NCBI GenBank assembly: GCA_022605425.2
Contig: JAKIMF020000013.1
Location: 186,001 to 250,000 of the forward strand
DNA: 64,000 nt
Direction: 5' to 3'
Source: Hamiltosporidium tvaerminnensis FI-OER-3-3
Taxonomy: Eukaryota > Fungi > Microsporidia
Below are positions 25,909-39,600 of this stretch, piece after piece (within the stretch, counting starts at the first letter, position 1; the number at the start of each line of letters is the position of its first letter). Made by a program: the position numbers and the translations under genes. The notes below the pieces were generated by a model, which did not search any database, was not told where the DNA came from, and saw nothing but the letters and a program-made list of their open reading frames with translations.

Positions 25909-26724
25909 CTACTTACCAGATGCTATAATATCCATAAATCTATTAAACAATTCCTTACACTCAGGATTAGAATCTATCTGTTTCTGTATTTCTGTATGCA
26001 TTAAAGCTTCTGGTTTCTTAGAAAATAAAGATACTTTTACATTACCTTTAAAGGTAAGTCTAATATAACATTCTAGTACACCCTTTAATAATCTAATAGA
26101 AGGTATTGATATACATTGATATACCATAGAATTAAGAATAACAGAAATAGCGACAAACCTTTCAAAGGTTTGACAGGCATATTCCAAACCTTCTTTATTA
26201 TTAATAATTTTTAAGAAAATATGTGTTGCTACTACTTTACTTACCTCTGATCCAATATCCATAATACGTAGTGTGAGTGGTATAAGTTCAGTATTTTTAA
26301 GATAATTTACAGCTACTTCACTATCATCTTGTAATAAAGATCCAATAACACCAAGACTAGCGATTCTAAGACATTCGTATTTTTGTGTGTTGTCACTTAA
26401 ATTTAAAAATGGATATAAATAGAAAGGCATGTGTGTTTCAAACATACTGTTGCGTATATCTTTACAGTATAATATTCTTTGCATAATATTTAGAACAGTA
26501 CATATTCTTGAACACTCTTCTGATGTAAATTTTTGTGTGTTTAGTGTGTAATATGTACGTACAATTTCATCTAGTAATATTAGTGGAACATGTTGGTATT
26601 TCCAAAATGTTTGACAATTATTTGGTGAAGTGTCAAGTATTTTACATATTTTTCGAAGTAATAATGTTCTTTCTTTTTGTGTTATTAGTTTATAACACAA
26701 TGTGCTTATATCTTCTTGTTCCAT
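25909..26724 (-). CDS. RCD1: CCR4-NOT subunit Rcd1/Caf40/CNOT9
   Basis: PFYLYPFLN, YECLRIASLGVIGSL, TELIPLTLRIMDIGSEVSKVVAT and YACQTFERF motifs; CCC upstream of the ATG. Confidence 0.95.
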   Translation of the reverse strand: MEQEDISTLCYKLITQKERTLLLRKICKILDTSPNNCQTFWKYQHVPLILLDEIVRTYYTLNTQKFTSEECSRICTVLNIMQRILYCKDIRNSMFETHMPFYLYPFLNLSDNTQKYECLRIASLGVIGSLLQDDSEVAVNYLKNTELIPLTLRIMDIGSEVSKVVATHIFLKIINNKEGLEYACQTFERFVAISVILNSMVYQCISIPSIRLLKGVLECYIRLTFKGNVKVSLFSKKPEALMHTEIQKQIDSNPECKELFNRFMDIIASGK

Positions 26725-27329
26725 AAAGGGACAAGTGAATTACTAAAAATAAATATTTAAAAGAAGAAAATAAATTATTAAAAGGAGAATAGAAATGTGA
26801 AAAAGGAATATCCTTTGATATATTAATTGGAAATAATATTCTTAAGGATGTGTTTTAAATACATATTATTGAATTTTAATTGTGATTTTATATAGAATAA
26901 TATTGGTACAAATGTATATTTAAATATAAAATTATTGAAAAAATAGATATTTAAGTCAGAATATTTGAAAAGAAAAATTTGATAAAATTTAATATATTTT
27001 ATTTAAAACAAAGTTGTTTTTAGGTTCCTTATACAGTTTTCTCTGGTTTGATTTGGTTTAACCTAATATTATACTTTCTACGCAAGTTTGGGCGGGAGAA
27101 TCAACTTTATTCTTTTTATCTATAACATTAGCTTAATTGATTTGTTCGTTTATTTTTCTTCATCTTCCAACCAATTGTTATCTATTTTAAATGAACTAGA
27201 TGGTATCCATATGTTTCTTGCTTTTAATAACATATTATTCAGGATTTTTTTGGACTTCATCTGATTTTGATCTTAACATTGATTTCTTCTTCGATATCAA
27301 AATACACCATTTTTTTGAAGCAATTGGCA

Positions 27330-28500
27330 GTAAGTTTGCTTTTTTTATCAGTAATTAAAAATACTCGAAATCAATATGGTATTTGGTTACAACTTATATA
27401 ATATTATCACATAAACTTTATCGAACTAGATTAAATGCCTCAAAATATTTCTGAAATTAACTAACATGCTATGTCGTTAGTCAACTATCTGCTAAAAATA
27501 ATTCGACTTGAACTAGCTAGCTTTTAAAGTTATATAATGCAGTACGTACAATGTTGGCAAAGAATAAGATATATCTTTGCTCAGGATGTAAAAAGAATTT
27601 TTACATTTCTAGAACAGAACTTGGAGAAGCTCTTCATAGTGTTAGTTTGCAATACGAACATATACTTCGGTAACTCTTGTATTGTCTCAAAAAACTTTAC
27701 AGAAAGATCGCCTCGAAATGCGATAATCCTATAGGCTGAAAGCACTAATTAAATTTAGGTTACGAATAAAAGGTATCTAAAATGTAAAATACGGTTTTAA
27801 AAAAGATTCAATAAGAAGAACTTAGGAAAGGCAAACATCTCAAAAACCATATAGTGAAATAGAAAACCAAAACATCATTAAAATTTATGCAATGCGAGAA
27901 AAGAAATGGAGTTGTGAGTGTCAGTAACTCTTCAAATGATTAAAAAAGGAAATATTAAGTTACCCATTTAAACAATGTTCTACTATATTTAGGATAGCAA
28001 TATATTATAGAGAGCCGAAAGTATGTGACAATATTGGGATAAATTAGGCAAAAGAGTAAATTATTTGGCGAGTGGATATTAGAAGTTGCATGTACACGGC
28101 TACACCAGAAAATATAATGAAGTGGACAGATTTCTACGCTTATACCTTTTAAATAGGTATAATGCAAACCTAGAAACAGAATTAGAAGTCAACCAGTTCA
28201 AGAAATTCTTGAAAGAAGTAGGCTATCATTTGAGTGGACATTCTAATAAAAACTTATGTCAAAATCCGGAATCCTGCCTAATATATAAATTTGAGATCCG
28301 GATAAAAATGTGATAACTTTTTTTGAAATAGAAACATAATAACCAGAAACTATGATTTATTAGTTAAGAAGTTAGATATATTTATAAGTTAAGTTCGGAG
28401 ATGATCTAGTATCGGATAAACGGGCGATTATGTGAGACCATAATACAAGACATATCTTTTATGACTTCAAATACTCATGAATCTAGAGATGGAATTCGGT
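27330..28500 (+). mobile_element. Old, degenerate 3' fragment of the R4-like retrotransposon
   Basis: cgaactagattaaatgc...catgctatgtcgttagtcaactat and HGYTRKYNEVDRFLRLYLLNRY align with the intact element's HTRLNAK...HAISLINY and HDYTRRHNEVVRCLHLLLLNRY. Confidence 0.75.
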
Positions 28501-29548
28501 CGATTGAAGTCAATGGGTTAGTCTCAATAATTTCTTGTGATCGCTAATAGAACCCGGATCAGGGCCAAATGTCGAAGTGGACTGAGAAAATATGTAACAG
28601 GAGTAATTAATAAGCTATCATTTAAGACAACCAAAACATCCTTGAAAACAAGCAAGTGACTAGAAAGGTGGTGTTTAAAATTCTGAACAAAAAATAACAT
28701 AAGGCTTATTTTAGACGGAAAAACCGAACTACATAAATTGACAATACACATGATCGAAGATTTGAATCCAGAAGAGAAAACTATGATAGTCAAAATGGCA
28801 GAAGAAATATTTAAAAGACTTAAAAAACTTAAACTGACTTCTATCAAAAAAGTCACTTTAAAAATTTATTTTTATTACACTCATAAATAAGACTAGATTC
28901 AATTGCAAACTCCTTAATTTTCTTCTTTTATTTCGCTTCAATATTCAGAGCAAATTTGTGAAGTAATGGCGATCACAGGAAGTTACATCCTATGAAATTC
29001 CTCATTTAAAAGAAATAATTTTTCCTATTATTCTGAATTTTGAAATAATTTTTCAGAGGGTATTTAATCTCATTTTAGCACACTAGTTTTTAGGGCTTTC
29101 TGAATATCGTAATTCCAGTCCGGGAAAAAAACAAACTTATAGTTATTTTAAATACGTAAATTTAAATGCTGAATTAGGTACAAAAGCATTCCATAATATC
29201 GTTTATATGTTCATTCTCGAACATAATTAGATCTTCTATCTGTAAATAGTTATAGATTTGGAAGAGTAGTTAGCAAATTGAAATTTGATTTAAAATCTTT
29301 AAAATAGATTTATGATCCATTATAAAAAAAATTACTTTTTAGGTTTCTATAATTTGAGGATTAAAAATAACTGCAACACTCTTATGCTACAATTCTTGCT
29401 ATAAATTAGTTGTAAGTAATTTTAAGATTTCCTTTAGTGATTTAATCTACCAGTTGAGTCTTAGTATTAATTTATTACACTCTTCTAACGAAATTTAAAA
29501 ATTCTTTTTTTTTATACAAAATTATATTTATTTTATTTTTCTAAAAAT

Positions 29549-32500
29549 ATGGGTAGAAAGAAAAATGTCAGCAGCGAAATATCGAAAAATACCAAAATAA
29601 AGGCTGCAAACGACGCTGGTGAGGTGAAGAAGAGTGATAGTGAGGTACAAAAATGTAAGCTACACCCACCGGCGATTTCCCTACATTCCTCCTCCTACAC
29701 AACAATAACACCTCCACCACCAAGCCAAACATGCAGTAAAATGCAAAATAGTGGGCTTGACACCTTACCTTCGCCTAATGCACCAGTTCCCTCTTCGGTT
29801 GAAGTCTCTGCGTGCGAGCCATCGTACGACATGACAAGCTCCTGTACTCTAGCTATTCCGTAAGGTAAAAGGCTAATGGCATTGCGGACGATATTCGATT
29901 CCGTAACAGCCGACCCGAAGGAATGGCCTCGAATTGTTTTTTTTGCAGTACAGACAAGGTTTGAAAGAATGCCAAGAAATGGCTGGACAGAGCTTCACAG
30001 GTACTATAATGAGAAATTCGGCTGCACTGAAACTCTCCAAGTGTTAAAAAAATTGGCACAAAGTGAGATGGAAAAGGAATTAAAATCAGAAGAGAATGGA
30101 GAGCGACGTAGAATCGCCACTTGTCTCACTGAGTCATGCACCCTGACTGACACCACGGAGTACATAAACTTGAGAGATAAATTTTTGAGTAAAATCAAAC
30201 AAATCTCGCAGAAGGAAATTGGAAAAGTTGTGGTCCGAACTAGAAAACATCCAAATGAATTGGTTGATAGTAAAGTTCTGGATCTCATAAATCGAGTAGT
30301 CGGTGAATATGCAGGAGCTCATGTACCTGAGTCAATTACGGAAGCCGCGTATATCATGCAAGCTGCGCAGGTATGCTATGACGAGGCAACACGCAAAGAA
30401 AAGCCTAGATCCGCTTAGAAGGAAAACATAGAAAGTAAAATTTCTAAGCTAGTACTTTCCAAAGATCTTCTCGAGAAGGCTTGTAAGCAGGAAAAGCTCT
30501 CCACTTCGGGAACGAAAAGTCTCGGAAAAATTAGGCGAGAGTTTAATTTAGACTTAAGCAGTGTAACTGATCTTTCTGAGGCTTTAGTTAAGAAGAATGA
30601 GTCTTTGAATGTGTACGAGAAAAAAATTACGATGCATGAAAGTAGGAAGTAATTCCGAAAAGAGAATCGTAATTTTGAGCTTTTCTAAGGTCGATTTTAT
30701 CGTGGGTTATCTGAGCGTGTGGAATCCGAGCATGTGGTTAGTCGTGATGAAATTGTTAGTTTTTGGTCTATAATGTGGAACAAAAATGATGACACAGTCA
30801 CGTACAATGATTATTTGATTCCATTTGTATCAGATAATCATCCGACCACGTTTCCTTCACTTGATGAATTTGTAAATATCATTAATTGGCTTCCCAATTG
30901 GAAAGCTGCTGGAATTGATGGTATTTACAATTTTTTCATTAAGAAACTTACAACTCTTCACAAATATAATTATGATATTGTGAAATTTATATGTTTAGAA
31001 GAAACACCTCAAGCTGATTGGTTTTACTGCGGGCTTACGTATTTGATACCGAAAGGAATTCCACGAAGAGGCTCTGACTACAGGCCAATCACTTGTATGT
31101 CCAACCTCTATAAGTTAACGACAAAGTGTGTAACGAAAGTCGTTCAACTTGAAGTGGAAAAGCGAGGGTTGCTTGCACAGAACCAGTTGGGAGCAGGTAG
31201 AGGTGTGCAGGGAGCGAAAGAGCAGGCTCTACTGAATATTGCCTTAAATAAAGGGTATGGAAACAATCTTAAAGCAACATGGATTGATGTTAAAAAGCTT
31301 ATGATTCAATAGATAATGCTTATTTGACTCAATGCATTGAAAACCTTAATTAACCTGATTAGATCTGAAATTTATTAAGGTAATTATATCAAAATAAAAA
31401 ATTGATATATCAGTAAGGCTTGAAAAAATCATGAGCAAAAAGATGGATAGAGGGATTCTACAAGGCGATAGTTTGTTCCCATTGTTGTTTGTGTTGTGTA
31501 TGTATCCATTAAGCGGAAATCTTAATGAAATATACACAAAGGTGACAGTACAAACAGATGCAGAATCCCTTTCTACTAATCATCTCTTGTTTGTTGATGA
31601 TCTTAAGCTCCTTGCAAAAGACAGTTCCACATTGAGTGCTATGATAGACGAGGCAAAGGAATTTTTAGAGGTGATTGGCTTAGAGATTAACAAAGAGAAA
31701 TCAGCCACAAATGATACGTGTTGTGAAGATACTGCAACTCTTCTAGAAGGTGTTAGTGTTTACAAATATTTAGGAATAATAGAAGATAGCAGAGGAATCC
31801 CAACACGTAGCTCATTTGAAGAAGTACAGAGCAAACTTATATCAAGAGTTAAAAGACTTTGTCACACTAGATTAAATGCAAAATAAGTATTCTCTGTAAT
31901 AAATCAACATGCGATATCGTTAATCAACTACCACATAGGAGTAATTCAAATAACTGGCTGACTTCTCTAAGTTAGATGATGCAGTACGTGCGGTGTTGGT
32001 GAAGAATAAGATACATCTTTGCCCAGGATGTAAAGAGCGTTTATACCTTCCTAGAGTAGAACTTGGAAGAGGCCTACATAGTGTTGAGTTGCGAAGCGAA
32101 CATATGCTTCTGCAACTTTTCGATTGTCTGGAAAAAAGTAAAGAAATATCAACTAGACGAGCAGAAATCCTCAAGGTGGAGAATAATAATAAAACACATC
32201 TTGCACTAATAAAAGGCTTCTTAAAAGTAAAGTACAGGTTGGTAGAAGAAGTCACTAAGAAAAGTTTAGAAGAAGCTCAACTTGCAAAACTATATAACGA
32301 AATAGAAAAACGAAAACTCCATTCAAAGTTATATAATGCAAGAAAAAATGAGCTTGTGAGTGTTAGTGACTCTTCAAGATGGCTAAAGAGAGGAAATATT
32401 AGGCCACGAAATGAAGCCGTGTTCTGCTATATCCAGGATAGAAATGTATTCTGGGTAGCAGATGGTATGTGTCAACATTGCGAGAAGTCTGGTAAAACTG

Positions 32501-33356
32501 TAGATCATCTAGCAACTCAATGTGAAAAAATTCTAGGCTATGACTACACCAGACTGAATAATGAAGTTGTTAGATACCTACACTTACTTCTCCTAAATAG
32601 ATATAAGTTTAAGTCTTCAAAACGAATAAGGAGTCACTCATTTAAAGAAATTCTTGATAATGAGTATGCAGAGATAAGAGTGGACACCAGAATAAAAACT
32701 GATGTTAAAATTCGGAAAAACAGACCCGAAATATTTATTTTAGATAAGAAGAAGAATAATATAATACTCATTGAAGTAGGAATCACTTCCCAAGACTCAC
32801 TTCAAATAGTTGAAACTGAAAAACTTAGGAAGTATGACCTGCTAGCCAATGAGTTGGGTCTTATTTATAAGTGTAGTGTTTAGATAATCTCTTATGTGAT
32901 GACCTGGGACGGTATTGTGACAAAATACCATAAATCTCATATTAAAAGACTAGAAATACCCATGAATGTAGAGGCATACATTCAGTCTATAGTACTTAAT
33001 AAACAGTCGAAACAATTTCCTTTGATCGACGAAGAGGACTTGAGTCAGGACTAAATGCCGAAGAGAGCTGGGAGAGAGCGTCAATGGGTATTGTTATGAG
33101 AGCAGAGATGCATGAGGAACCAACAACTCCTTTAAAAGGAGAGTAGAGAGAGGAAGATGATGCAAAAAATTTTAAACCAAAAAATAAAGCACCCTTTATT
33201 TCACAAGGAGGAACCACGCTAGAGGAACCGACTAATAACATAAATAAAGAGTCGGATTTGGAAGAAGAGACAAAATTGGTTAAAGAGGTAGAAGAAAACA
33301 TAAAAAAATGGTATAAAAATATTTTAACCCAAAATTTTATTAAATAATAAATTAAA
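29549..33356 (+). mobile_element. R4/Dong-like RLE non-LTR retrotransposon, full-length inactivated copy A
   Basis: Colinear with the intact copy from ATG to 3' UTR, with many stops and frameshifts. Imperfect TSD ttttctaaaaat (29537-29548) / ttttcttaagat (33357-33368). Confidence 0.92.
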
Positions 33357-34915
33357 TTTTCTTAAGATGTTTTAAAAATTAATTTGTAAATTTGATTTTT
33401 GATGATGGACTAAAATAGTAATTCGACAAAGCTTTTGTCAGTAATTTTAAACAATATGTTTTATATCTGATAAATTCGTACCAGATTATTTGTCAAGCAT
33501 ATATAAATTACTTGCATATAATATTAGCATTTTACGATTTTTTAAATAAAAAAATTTTTGTATGAATTGGATTTAATTTAAAAATTTGAATGTTAAATAC
33601 ATCTTCTGTATCATATATAATTTACTGATATTAAAGTATAATATTATCAATAAAATGAATTTTAAAACCATCATATTCGATAATATACGTAGGAATATTT
33701 TCAAAATAGTTAAAATTGTTTATTTTGATTATTTTACCTGAATACATATGCGCTCTAAAATTTTATATTAAGTTAACTTTAAAAATTAAAGGATTAGATG
33801 TCATTGAAACAATTAAAGCTAAACTGATAAACCAAGAATTGGCTTTCAAAAACCTTTAAGAAAGACTCTTAATATGTATTTTGATTTATTTTTTCAATTA
33901 TGAAATTTGTATTATCAAACAAAAAGAAAGTGAACATTTCATGGTTTCTCAAATAAAATTCTATAATTTCTACTTTATGAAAATATTTTATATTCTTTGA
34001 AGATACTTTTTGTCGTAGATATATGAATCATTGGTTACAGTAACTTAAAGCTTGCCTGACCCCTCCTATTTCATTTGATCAACATATAATATACAAAAAA
34101 CAATTTTGATCTCAAATTTAATCTTTTGAAAAATAAAATAATTTTACAAAGTTTACAAGGAAAATCAACTCAAAACATTGAGAAAAAACAAAATTATATT
34201 TGATTTTAATGAAGTGGATTTATCTGCATTTTTTTAAATATTAATACCATTATATAATGAATATCCTTACTTCATTTCCTTTTTACTTATTAAGTAACAC
34301 TAATAAATTTCAATATAGTTTATTTATCAAACAAATATATTTAACATTTTTGAAAAAGCCAAAATATATCTTAAAAGTAAATAAATATAACATTTTCTTT
34401 AACTAAACCTGATATTAACAGAGTGAAATTTATATATTTTTAACATTTATTATTATTATTATTAAATTATCATTTTTAAATATATAGTAATCAATAATTG
34501 TTGGTCTGTTTCTTCGAAAATTGAAAAATTTTTGTGAAGCCCGAAGAAATAAAAATATGTTATTGATATGTCAAAACATACTTTTTACAGCAAATTTCGA
34601 ATTAAAAAATTTCTAAGAACAAAAAAGTAAAGTCTAAAAAACAGATGTCTTAAATAATATAAGTACAACGAGTCTTTGACCATTTAAAGATATATTGAAA
34701 AATTCACTTTAATCCAATAAATTCAACGATACTAAAATATGATTTAGCATTTAATAACAAGAGAATCTTACAATTTTTTAATAGTCAATGTTGAACAATT
34801 TATTCATATAGTATATCAATAGATGACACATTTACTTATTTTTTATGTAATTTATATTTTATATTAGCAAACACGGAATATATATACGATTTAGAATATA
34901 TTCTGAAGTCTTTAT

Positions 34916-35140
34916 ACATACTTTCATATTTCATTTCGCTTTTACCTCTCAGTGTCGAGGATGAACAATTATAAATTTTCCAATTGCGTCTTTTATTCTA
35001 TTGTAACTCGAGATTATAGAAGATTGACCTATAGATCCAGTACGGTTTATATCCCACAAAAAGAAACAATAAGATTATACACCAATTCCACATGTTCATT
35101 GCCAAACAGATAGTTTTTTATGTGGTTATCCTCTCACCAC
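34916..35140 (-). mobile_element. Short SINE-like element (shared 5' head)
   Basis: Reverse complement reads gtggtgagaggataaccacataaaaaactatctgtttggcaatg...catcctcgacactgagaggtaaaagcg. Probable TSD aagtctt(t/a)at at 34906-34915 and 35142-35151. Confidence 0.8.
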
Positions 35141-36603
35141 AAAGTCTTAATAAATACCTATGTAAATTCTAAAATAGCTTTAGAAAAGCAAAAAAATAGG
35201 ATTATAAAGTCATAATCCTAAAGAATAAGAAATATATAGCAAATCTTGAGCATATAAAAAGGTTTTTGGGCCCAAAAAGGGAATAAAAGAAATCTAAACA
35301 AAAAGAGGTAAAAAAGCACAATAAACCAATATTAATATAAAATGTTAAATCTAAAATCTAATATTCAGTTTTACAGAATGGGAACAAAGCAAGGTATTTA
35401 ATATTAATAATATATCCGAGCTAAATATAAGGAGCAATTGCTATATCCAAGATAACATATTGTTCAGAAGTGAAAATAAATCGTAAATTCCTGAGTCCAC
35501 TGACCGAGAGATATTAAAATCTAGCAATCCAACTGGAAAATATTAGCCGAACAAAACAAACAAAAATATTTGATTGAATAGGTTTTTCACTTTTATCAGA
35601 AGAAATAAATCTAGATTTAAAAAATTTAATCCGATAACACAGTTTAAGAAATCATATAAACTCAGTACGCTAAACAAGAGAGACAACAAAAATAAAAATT
35701 GCTGAAAAACTTCAAATCGATCAATTTGATATAAAGATGGTGAAAGGGAAATTAAAGAGAATAATACTTGTAGTTGGCAAAATTGAACTTTAAAATCTTC
35801 TTAAATTTTCCATACCGAAAAAATATAAAAACCAAGAAATTATTCTGAATAGCTGAATTTCAAGGCATTTTTTTATAAATAAATACCTATAGATCCTCTT
35901 ATATGTGGATATCAATAGGTTTTATCACAAATTGCCCGGTAAATATCATAAATTCTAAAATACCAGTACATCAATTGGTTTAAATAATTGATAACCCTAT
36001 AAAAGTAGATATTTAGTATATATTTTACACGCAACCAGGATATTAGCTAATACAGAATGTCGCAGAATATCCAGAAAAAGCATCAATGCATTTTATAAAA
36101 TCATTTAAATCCAAACAAAAAATATAAAACATTGAATTATAAGTATCTGATTTTAACATGTCTAACACACAAAGAATAGATCTAAAACTCTTATGTTTTT
36201 GTAAAACCATAGAAGATTTAAGATCTATTTGGAATATGAAGAGGAAATCGATATTTAAGATGTAATAAAATTAAATTACTGAATAGAATAATAAAATTAA
36301 AAATTTGCAATAAATATTACGAGGTATAAAAAGGAAAACATTGCCTCCATTCTTCAAGAATATTTCTTTAACTATGAATTTATTCGATATTCCCCAATTT
36401 CAATTTAATTGGTTTCATTAAATAAATTTATATCTAAATTAGAAATTTCAATTGAAATTCTTATTTTATGGCTTCAATCTAATAAAAAAATATGCTTCAA
36501 CTACATTTAATTAATATGGAAATATCTTTTAAAGTTGATACATTTTTATATTATTACTTTGTATATTTAGAGCTGAATTATTCTATTTTAACTTGCTTTT
36601 TAA

Positions 36604-39600
36604 TTTTTATTTAATAAAATTCTGGGTTAAAATATTTTTTACCATTTTTTACATGTTTTCTTCTACCTCTTTAACCACTTTTGTCTCTTCTTCCAAATCC
36701 GACTCTTCATTTATGTTATTGGTCGGTTCCTCTAAAGTGGTTCCTCCTTGTAAAATAAAGGGGGCTTTATATTTTGGTTTAAAATTTTTGGCACCATCTT
36801 CCTCTGTTTTCGCTTCTTTTAAAGGGGGTATTGGTTCCTCATGCATCTCTGATCTCATAATAACACCCATTGACGCTCTCTCCCAGCTCTCTTCGGCATT
36901 TAGTCCTGACTCAAGTCCTCTTCGTCGATCAAAGGAAATAGTTTCGACTGTCTTTTTAAGTACTATAGACTGAATGTATGCTTCTACATTCATGGGTATT
37001 TCTAGTCTTTTAAGATGAGATTTATGGTATTTTGTCACAATACCGTCCCAGGTCATCACATAAGGGATTATCTCAACACTACACTTATAAATAAGGCCCA
37101 ACTCATTGGCTAGCAGGTCATACTTCCTAAGTTTTTCAGTTTCAACTATTTGAAGTGAATCTTGGGAAGTGATTCCTACTTCAATGAGTGTTATCTTATT
37201 CTTCTTCTTATCTAAAATAAATATGTCTGGTCTGTTATTCCGAATTTTAACATCAGTTTTAATTCTGGTGTCCACTCTTATCTCTGCATACTCATTATCA
37301 AGAATTTCTTGAACCGAGTGGCTCCTTATTCGTTTTGAAGACTTAAACTTATATCTATTTAGAAGGAGAAGGTGTAGGCATCTAACCACTTCATTATGCC
37401 GTCTAGTGTAATCATGGCCTAGCATTTTTTCACATCTAGTTGCTAGATGATCCACAGTCTTACCAGACTTCCCGCAATGTTGACACACACCATCTGCTCC
37501 CCAGAATACATTTCTATCCTGGATATAGCAGAACACAGCTTCATTTCGTGGCCTAATATTTCCTCTCTTTAGCCATCTTGAAGAGTCACTAACACTCACA
37601 AGCTCATTTTTCCTTGCATTATATAACTTTGAATGGAGTTTTCGTTTTTCTATTTCGTTATATAGTTTTGCAAGTTGAGCTTCTTCTAAACTTTTCTTAG
37701 TGACTTCTTCTGCCAACCTGTACTTTACTTTTAAGAAGCCTTTTATTAGTGCAAGATGGGTTTTATTATTATTCTCCACCTTGAGGATTGCTGCTCGTCT
37801 AGTTGATATTTCTTTACTTTTTTCCAGACAATCCAAGAGTTGCAGAAGCATATGTTCGCTTCGCAACTCAACACTATGTAGGCCTCTTCCAAGTTCTGTT
37901 CTAGGAAGATACAACCGCTCTTTACATCCTGGGCGGAGATGTATCTTATTTTTAACCAACACCGCACGCACTGCATCATCTAACTTAGAGAAGTCAGCTG
38001 GTTCAAGTCGAAGTACTCCTATGTGGTAGTTGATTAACGATATCGCATGTTGATTGATTGCAGAAAATAAATTTTTTGCATTTAATCTAGTGTGACAAAG
38101 TCTTTCAACTCTTGATATAAGTTTGCTCTGTACTTCTTCAAATGAGCTACGTGTTGGGATTCCTCTGCTATCTTCTATTATTCCTAAATATTTGTAAACA
38201 CTAACACCTTCTAGAAGAGTAGCAGTATCTTCACAACACGTATCATTTGTGGCTGACTTCTCTTTGTTAATCTCTAAGCCAATCACCTCTAAAAATTCCT
38301 TTGCCTCGCCTGTCATAGCACTCAATGTGGAGCTGTCTTTTGCAAGGAGCTTAAGATCATCAATAAACAAGAGATGATTAGTAGAATGGGATTCTGCATC
38401 TGTTTGTACTGTCACTTTTGTGTATTTTTCATTAAGCTTTCGGCTTAATGGATCCATACACAACACAAATAACAAAGGTGACAGACTATCTCCTTGCAGG
38501 ATCCCTCTATCAATCTTCTTGCTCATGATTTTTTCAGGCCCTACTGATATATCAATTTTCCATTTTGATATAATTACCTTAATAAATTTCAGGATCCAAT
38601 CAGGTAAATTAAGGTTTTCAATACATTGAGTTAAATAAGCATGATCTATTGAATCATAAGCTTTTTTAACATCAATCCATGTTGCCTTAAGATTGTTTCC
38701 GTACTCTTTATTTAAGGCAATATTCAGTAGAGCCTGCTCTTTCGCTCCCTGCACACCTCTTACCGCCCCTAATTGGTTCTCTGCAAGCAACCCTCGCCTT
38801 TCCACTTCAAGTTGAACGACTTTCGTTACACACTTTGTCGTTAACTTATAGAGGTTGGACATACAAGTGATTGGCCTGTAGTCAGAGCCTCTTCGTGGAA
38901 TTCCTTTCGGTATCAAATACGTAAGCCCGCAGTAGAACCAATCAGCTTGAGGTGTTCCTTCTAAACATATAACTTTCACAATATCATAAAGATATTTGTG
39001 AAGAGTTGTAAGTTTCTTAATGAAAAAATTGTAAATACCATCAATTCCAGCAGCTTTCCAATTAGGGAGCCAATTAATGATATTCACAAATTCATCAAGT
39101 GAAGGAAACGTGGTCGGATGATTATCTGATACAAATGGAATCAAATAATCATCGTACGTGACTGTGTCATCATTTTTGTTCCACATTGTAGACCAAAAAC
39201 TCACAATTTCATCACGGCTAACCACATGCTCGGATTCCAAACGCTCAGATAACCCACGATAAAATCGACCTCGGAAAAGCTCAAACATACGATTCTCTTT
39301 TCGGAATTGCTTCCTACTTTCATGCATCGTAATTTTTTTCTCGTAAACATTCAAAGACTCATTCTTCTTAACTAAAGCCTCAGAAAGATCAGTTACGCTG
39401 CTCAAGTTTAAATTAAACTCTCGCATGATTTTCTTAAGGCTCTTCGTTTCCGAAGTGGAGAGCTTTTCCTGCTTACGAGCCTTCTCGAGAAGATCTTTGG
39501 AAAGTACTAACTTAGAAATTTTACTTTCTATGTTTTCCTTCCAAGCGGATCTAGGCTTTTCTTTGCGTGTTGCCTCGTCATAGCATACCTGCGCAGCTTG

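Noticed and set aside
35150-36360. A-rich tract resembling an old LINE ORF
   Set aside because: No recognisable RT or endonuclease motif.
36593-36973. Antisense and alternate-frame ORFs over the retrotransposon copies (e.g. 32996-33301, 37700-38029, 39671-39955, 53252-53740)
   Set aside because: Shadow ORFs of the RT gene; they recur only because the element is repeated.
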